Position numbers and translations under genes: made by a program. This document shows positions 59,283 to 64,000 of a stretch of DNA of 64,000 nucleotides, in pieces; position 1 is the stretch's first letter; every line of letters starts with the position of its first letter. The stretch is taken from assembly GCA_963845535.1 (NCBI GenBank), contig CAWJSK010000012.1:288001-352000 (forward strand), written 5' to 3'. The DNA comes from an uncultured Spirochaetota bacterium. GTDB lineage: Bacteria; Spirochaetota; Spirochaetia; SZUA-6; Fen-1364. The notes beneath the pieces are model-generated. The model was given only the letters and a program-made list of their open reading frames with translations. It had not been told where the DNA came from and ran no database searches.

Positions 59283-60812
59283 TTGAACGGACCAACGCGC
59301 GGACGCGCTGACAGGGAGATTTCTCACTCCGGAGGCCCGGCGGCAAAGTGGGTGCACAGGCGGGTGGACTACAAGTGGGTGGCCCTCAGCGTCACCACCA
59401 TCGGCGCCTTGATGGCGGCCATCGACAGCACCATCGTGATACTCGCCCTCCCCCAGATGATGGAGAAGCTGCACGCGGACCTCGTCAGCATGATCTGGGT
59501 CATCATGGCCTATATTCTTGCAAGCACCGTGCTTCTCCTGACGTTCGGCAGGATTGCGGACATGTTCGGCAGGGTGCGGCTGTATAACCTCGGCTTCGTG
59601 GTCTTCACGGTGGGGTCCGCGCTGTGCGGACTGTCACCCAGCGCAACCACCCTCATCCTGTCCCGCCTGGTCCAGGGAGCGGGCGCGGCCCTCATGATGG
59701 TGAACAGCCCGGCCATCATCACGGAGGTGTTTCCTCCCCACCAGCGGGGGCGGGCGCTCGGGATCAACGGCATCACGTGGGCGCTTGGCGGGATTGTGGG
59801 CCCTCTCCTGGGCGGCCTTATCCTCGCTGTCGCAGATTGGAGATGGATTTTCTACATCAACGTCCCTATCGGGATCATCGGGTGCCTGTGGGGGTACTAC
59901 GCGCTCAAAGAAATGACCGTGCGCAAGCAGGAGGAAAAGTTCGACGGGGCGGGCGCGCTCACGTTCAGCCTGGGCCTGGTGTCGCTGCTTTTCGCGCTGA
60001 CCCTCGGGATCCAATTCAGCTGGCTCTCACCGGCAATCCTGTCGCTCTTCGGCCTTTTCGTCGTGATGACGGTGCTGTTCCTGATTCGGGAGCACCGGGC
60101 TGCCAAGCCCATGCTGGACCTTTCCCTTTTCAGCAACCGCATCTACAACTTTTCCGTGCTTGCGGCAATGCTGCAATCCCTGGCGATGTTCGCCATGAAC
60201 TTCCTGATCGTTTTCTACCTGCAAGCCGTTCGCGGTTATGACCCATTGACCGCAGCGCTCATGCTCATTCCCCTTTCAATAGTGAGCGCGGTCATGGGAC
60301 CGCTCAGCGGTTTCATGGCGGACCGCATTGGCGCTCGCGCGCCGGCCACCGCGGGGCTGGTCCTGCAGGCGGCTTCACTCCTGTGGTTCATCTTCAAGCT
60401 CACGCCCACCACGCCGTACGGCACCATTGTGGTGGGGCTCGTGCTCGTTGGGCTGGGCGGCGGCCTTTTCTGGTCACCCAATACAAGCGCGGCAATGAAC
60501 GGAGCGCCACGGGACCGCCTGGGCATAGCATCCGCAACGCTTGCAACCCTGAGGCAGACGGGCATGGTGACGAGCTTCGCCCTGGCCCTTGCCGTAGCGG
60601 CCGCAAGCTTGCCAAAAGACGTCATGATGAAGCTTTTCGTGGGTACCAACGTGTCGCTGGGCTCGGGGCCCATGCAGGAGTTCGTGGTAGGGATCCAGCA
60701 CGCTTTCATTGTCTCCGTTGTCCTGTGCGTCATAGCCGCCGGATTCTCGCTCGTGCGCGGCAAGGAAGACAGGCGGGCGCATACGCGGCCGCAGACCCAG
60801 GAGCAGAGCTGA
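59283..60812 (+). CDS. DHA2 (EmrB/QacA) MFS transporter
   Basis: AAIDSTIVILALP, FGRIADMFGR, WRWIFYINVPIG; TTG start after AAAGGAG. Confidence 0.92.
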   Translation: MNGPTRGRADREISHSGGPAAKWVHRRVDYKWVALSVTTIGALMAAIDSTIVILALPQMMEKLHADLVSMIWVIMAYILASTVLLLTFGRIADMFGRVRLYNLGFVVFTVGSALCGLSPSATTLILSRLVQGAGAALMMVNSPAIITEVFPPHQRGRALGINGITWALGGIVGPLLGGLILAVADWRWIFYINVPIGIIGCLWGYYALKEMTVRKQEEKFDGAGALTFSLGLVSLLFALTLGIQFSWLSPAILSLFGLFVVMTVLFLIREHRAAKPMLDLSLFSNRIYNFSVLAAMLQSLAMFAMNFLIVFYLQAVRGYDPLTAALMLIPLSIVSAVMGPLSGFMADRIGARAPATAGLVLQAASLLWFIFKLTPTTPYGTIVVGLVLVGLGGGLFWSPNTSAAMNGAPRDRLGIASATLATLRQTGMVTSFALALAVAAASLPKDVMMKLFVGTNVSLGSGPMQEFVVGIQHAFIVSVVLCVIAAGFSLVRGKEDRRAHTRPQTQEQS

Positions 60813-60829
60813 GGCGGAGGGGCAGGCAA

Positions 60830-61125
60830 ATGAAAAGGCCGGAAAAAAGAGGTTCACCCTTGTCGCGCAGGTGAGCAGCGATAACCCGCGGGCAATACGG
60901 CCCGCCCTGGAAGAGATGGTGGGGGCGGACTCCATTGAGCCGACCGCGGAAGGGTTCCTTATCAAAGCGACAATGAGCGGGGAGAGCGCTCGTGACCTCA
61001 ACAAGCAGCTGCTCTCCGCGCTGCGCGGCGCGGAACGAAAGACGAGGTTGCGCGCGCAATGGACGTCGGGCCGCACAACCGAGCGCTTTTTCGACTACGT
61101 GCCGAAGGGCGTTTCCGAGGGATGA
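60830..61125 (+). CDS. Small hypothetical protein (frameshift at 60833-60836)
   Basis: ATG with SD-like GGAGG; adding one A gives MKKAGKKRFTLVAQVSSDNP..GESARDLN..LLSALR..EKTRLRAQW..FFDYVPKG. Confidence 0.7.
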
Positions 61126-61156
61126 GGCCGTGCCCGCTGAGCTGGGCAGGCCCTCC

Positions 61157-62443
61157 TCAGCTCTCCATCTCCACTTTCACCTTGTCCACTTTCGCAAGGT
61201 CTCGCCGATAGAAGGCAGCCGCGGCAAGGAACAGCATTCCGGCAAGGACTGAGGTGAGCGGGGCAAGCAGCATGGCCACGTTCAAGCCGTACGCATCCGA
61301 TATGGCCCCCAGGACCAGCGGTCCCATCGAGCTTCCCAGCGCGTTCTGCACGATAACGCATATGCTGTAGGACACCGCCCAGAGGCCAGGGTGCACCACG
61401 TCCTGCGTGACGGCGGAAGCCGCGGAAAGGTAGCAGACCGTGGCGATTGCCCCCGCCATCATCATGATCCACTGAGCCGTCCCCTGGAGCAGACCGAACG
61501 AGACCAGCCATAGTGCGGCTGCCGCCAGGCTGGAGAGGCCGGCAAAAAGCGGGCGCGCCGTGATGCGCCGCTTCATCCATGCATCCGCGATGAAGCCGCC
61601 CAGGGGGGCGCCCACGATGGCAAAGAGCATTATGGAAGCGGTCTTCAAGCTCGACTGCTCCATGGTGAGGTGCTGGAACCTGTTGAAGTATGACGGGAGC
61701 CAGGTGAGGTACGCGGTGCTGAGGAACGTGTTGCCCGCAAAGGCAACATAGGTGAGGATAAGTGACGGAGTGCGGAGGAAGACTGCCGCAATGTCCGAGA
61801 AGCTCATTTTCACCGCGGGCCTGACGGCGGTGGCCGCCTTTTCCAGCTTGATTGTCTTGTAATCCCGGGCGAAGAAGAAAAACAGCACGCCAATGACGAA
61901 CCCCGGAATTGCCACCAGGCCGAAGGCATGCTTCCATCCCCATCGCGTAGCCACAATCCCGCCGACCATCACGCCGATCAGGGATCCAAGGGGAATGGAC
62001 GCGTTCCAGAGGCCCATCATCCGGGACCGCTTCTCCTGCGGGTACATGGCGGAAAGCATTGCCGTCCCGCCGGGAGAGTAGCCCGCCTCCCCGAAACCCA
62101 CCGCAAGGCGGGTCAGGAACAATTGCGGGAACGTGCGCACGAACGCGGCAATCCCCGTGGCAACGCTCCACAGCGCCACCATCAACCCCACGCTCCGCTT
62201 CCTGCTCCAGCGGTCAATAAGGATGGAGATGGGAAAGGCGAGCACAACGATGGACCAGTACACGGCGGAGATGAGTGACCCTGCCTGGCTGTCCGTCATG
62301 TGCAGGTCCGCCTTCATGACGGGGAACATGGCGGAAACGATCTCCCGGTCGATGTAGTCGAACATGTACAGGAGGAACAGCATGACGAAGAGGCCCGTGA
62401 CGCGCGGCGCGGGAGCGCCGTCAGCCGCCGTGGGCTTATTCAT
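61157..62443 (-). CDS. MFS transporter (spinster-like)
   Basis: YMFDYIDR, IDRWSRK, GFGEAGY..PGG. Confidence 0.9.
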   Translation of the reverse strand: MNKPTAADGAPAPRVTGLFVMLFLLYMFDYIDREIVSAMFPVMKADLHMTDSQAGSLISAVYWSIVVLAFPISILIDRWSRKRSVGLMVALWSVATGIAAFVRTFPQLFLTRLAVGFGEAGYSPGGTAMLSAMYPQEKRSRMMGLWNASIPLGSLIGVMVGGIVATRWGWKHAFGLVAIPGFVIGVLFFFFARDYKTIKLEKAATAVRPAVKMSFSDIAAVFLRTPSLILTYVAFAGNTFLSTAYLTWLPSYFNRFQHLTMEQSSLKTASIMLFAIVGAPLGGFIADAWMKRRITARPLFAGLSSLAAAALWLVSFGLLQGTAQWIMMMAGAIATVCYLSAASAVTQDVVHPGLWAVSYSICVIVQNALGSSMGPLVLGAISDAYGLNVAMLLAPLTSVLAGMLFLAAAAFYRRDLAKVDKVKVEMES

Positions 62444-63764
62444 ACATCGCCACGTTTCTTCCCGCGTTCTTGGCGGCGAGCAGCCTGTTGTCCGCGATCC
62501 GCAGGAGCTGCTGCGTGGTGAGCCCCGGCACCTCTTCGAAGATCACGACGCCTATGCTCAGCGTCACGCCCGTTTCACCGCCGTCATCCGCCAGGACAAT
62601 GACGTGGTCTTCCACGCTCTTGCGGATCTTCTCGATTGCCTGGACAATCCCGTCACGCGAGGTCCGCGTGAAGAGGATCACGAACTCCTCTCCCCCGAAC
62701 CTGCAGAGGATGTCGCGGGAAAAAATCACGCTCTGGATGACCCGGACCACCTCCACCAGGACTTTGTCTCCGGCGGGATGGCCCCAGGTGTCATTGACGC
62801 GCTTGAAGTGGTCGATGTCGATCATGGCCAGGCCGAAGTTCATGTCGTTTATCCCCTGGAGTTGGGCAACCCTGTGCTCCTGGCGGTTTCGGGCCCTGCG
62901 GAGCTCGATGTCCAGATATTCCCCGAAGAAACGACGGTTGTAGATCCCCGTCAACGGGTCAAGCTCTGCCTGCCGGCGCAGGTCCTCGTTCAGCTTGCGT
63001 ATTTCCGCGGTCCGCTCCTCCACCCTGGCTTCCAACGTTGTGTTGGCTACCTCGATCCTTTCGTACAGGCTGGCCAGGTCGGCAAGAAGGACGAAAAACA
63101 TGCTGAGCACGACGATCATGAACGCGTATTCGCTGACATAGATGAAGTCATAGACGCGGGAAGCCACCAGGGTGTCATTGATGGCGCCAACGAAGTACGT
63201 GGACAGTCCGGAAATGACAATGAGCAAGCCTCGGGTGCGCTTTTTCAGATATGCGCGGATGAGCAAAACAAGCAGGTAAAGGTAGATGCAGACGGCTGAA
63301 GCTATTCCCAGCTCGTAGCCAATGCCGAGCTCCCCTTCATAGTAGGTGACGCTCAGGATGCCGGGGATGTTTATGTGCTTCACGGCCGGCCGCAACGGTG
63401 AAAGCGTCAGCGAGGGGTCCACGACAAACGAGAGGACAAACAGGAGAAGGAACCATGCAACGGACAGGCGTACAAGCCTTCCGTTCGAACGCTCCGTGTA
63501 GACCGAGACGAACCACACGAGGAAAATCGAAATGAAATCAACGGCGCGAAGCTGGAGGTTTTGCCAGATGAGCCCCGTGGCAAGGGAAGAGGAATCATAC
63601 AGCCCAATGCTGAAGACGTCATACGCCGCCACCGCAAAGCAGAGCAAGGAGAAGGGCAGATGTATGGGCTGCCTCTGTCCCCTCACGAATACAATGAGAT
63701 GGAAAAGTCCAGCAAAGAGAGTGAGGGAGGCCATGACGAGGCATGGGTAAGCTACAGGCTGCAC
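62436..63764 (-). CDS. Diguanylate cyclase with N-terminal 7TM sensor
   Basis: About seven TMs, coiled coil, DPLTGIYNRR, DIDHFKRVNDTWGH, RFGGEEF. Confidence 0.93.
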   Translation of the reverse strand: MQPVAYPCLVMASLTLFAGLFHLIVFVRGQRQPIHLPFSLLCFAVAAYDVFSIGLYDSSSLATGLIWQNLQLRAVDFISIFLVWFVSVYTERSNGRLVRLSVAWFLLLFVLSFVVDPSLTLSPLRPAVKHINIPGILSVTYYEGELGIGYELGIASAVCIYLYLLVLLIRAYLKKRTRGLLIVISGLSTYFVGAINDTLVASRVYDFIYVSEYAFMIVVLSMFFVLLADLASLYERIEVANTTLEARVEERTAEIRKLNEDLRRQAELDPLTGIYNRRFFGEYLDIELRRARNRQEHRVAQLQGINDMNFGLAMIDIDHFKRVNDTWGHPAGDKVLVEVVRVIQSVIFSRDILCRFGGEEFVILFTRTSRDGIVQAIEKIRKSVEDHVIVLADDGGETGVTLSIGVVIFEEVPGLTTQQLLRIADNRLLAAKNAGRNVAMYE

Positions 63765-63790
63765 TTGCTTGAGTCTTTCCTTTTTCGGGG

Positions 63791-63862
63791 ATTCTAAGGT
63801 CAGTGTCAGCGCAGGTCAAGTGAAAAAGAGGTGAAAAAGCAGGAAAACGAACAGGAAAACGA
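63791..63862 (-). promoter_or_regulatory. Promoter of the GGDEF-MFS pair with upstream direct repeats
   Basis: TTGACC-N17-TAGAAT; GTGAAAAAG x2 and CAGGAAAACGA x2 directly upstream of the -35. Confidence 0.6.
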
Positions 63863-63880
63863 TAGAAAGGATTGCCTATT

Positions 63881-64000
63881 TCATGGCCGCTCACTCTTGC
63901 GTGTGGCGTCAACGAGCAGGAGAAGGCATCCCAGCATGATGCACAGGTCCGCCACGTTGAAAATCCCGGTCCGAAGAACGCCAACGCCGACGTTGAGGAA
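63881..64000 (-). CDS. lspA: Lipoprotein signal peptidase II, 3' part only (not in the ORF track)
   Basis: FLNVGVGVLRTGIFNVADLCIMLG..* contains the FNVAD catalytic motif. Confidence 0.9.
   Translation of the reverse strand, partial: FLNVGVGVLRTGIFNVADLCIMLGCLLLLVDATRKSERP

Noticed and set aside
1..64000. CRISPR array, rRNA, prophage, integrase/transposase, dedicated anti-phage system
   Set aside because: No regularly spaced repeats, rRNA-like sequence or matching protein motifs seen; the only defence-like module is the VapC TA pair.

Overview
GC-rich bacterial chromosomal segment, probably from a free-living spirochaete (inferred from the eukaryote-type hexokinase, many lipoproteins, a HAMP adenylate cyclase, a LolA-like/ABC/porin cluster and a FliG-C-like orphan). 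About 60 densely packed genes: superoxide dismutase (partial), rpmB, an rhaA + class II aldolase/SrlD-like SDR fusion + hexokinase sugar locus, an OmpR/HK two-component system coupled to arfB, a PHP protein, mgtA coupled to a PTS EIIA-domain protein, a FitA/VapC toxin-antitoxin pair, a full beta-oxidation cluster, an adenylate cyclase + coiled-coil/TPR protein, a four-gene operon of two paralogous [TolB-N/CsgG-like + PEGA-like + beta-barrel] proteins each followed by a lipoprotein, several detox/accessory genes, a LolCDE-like/LolA-like/porin operon, a MacAB-TolC pump, a heterodimeric ABC exporter, several MFS transporters, a 7TM-GGDEF protein and lspA (partial). I found no CRISPR array, rRNA, canonical tRNA or transposase. 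About 13 single-base frameshifts fall in short homopolymers and are most likely long-read consensus errors. Best leads: the barrel-lipoprotein tandem operon (28.0-32.5 kb), a structured tRNA-like intergenic RNA (56.5-56.65 kb), widespread leaderless promoters and the atypical sugar locus.
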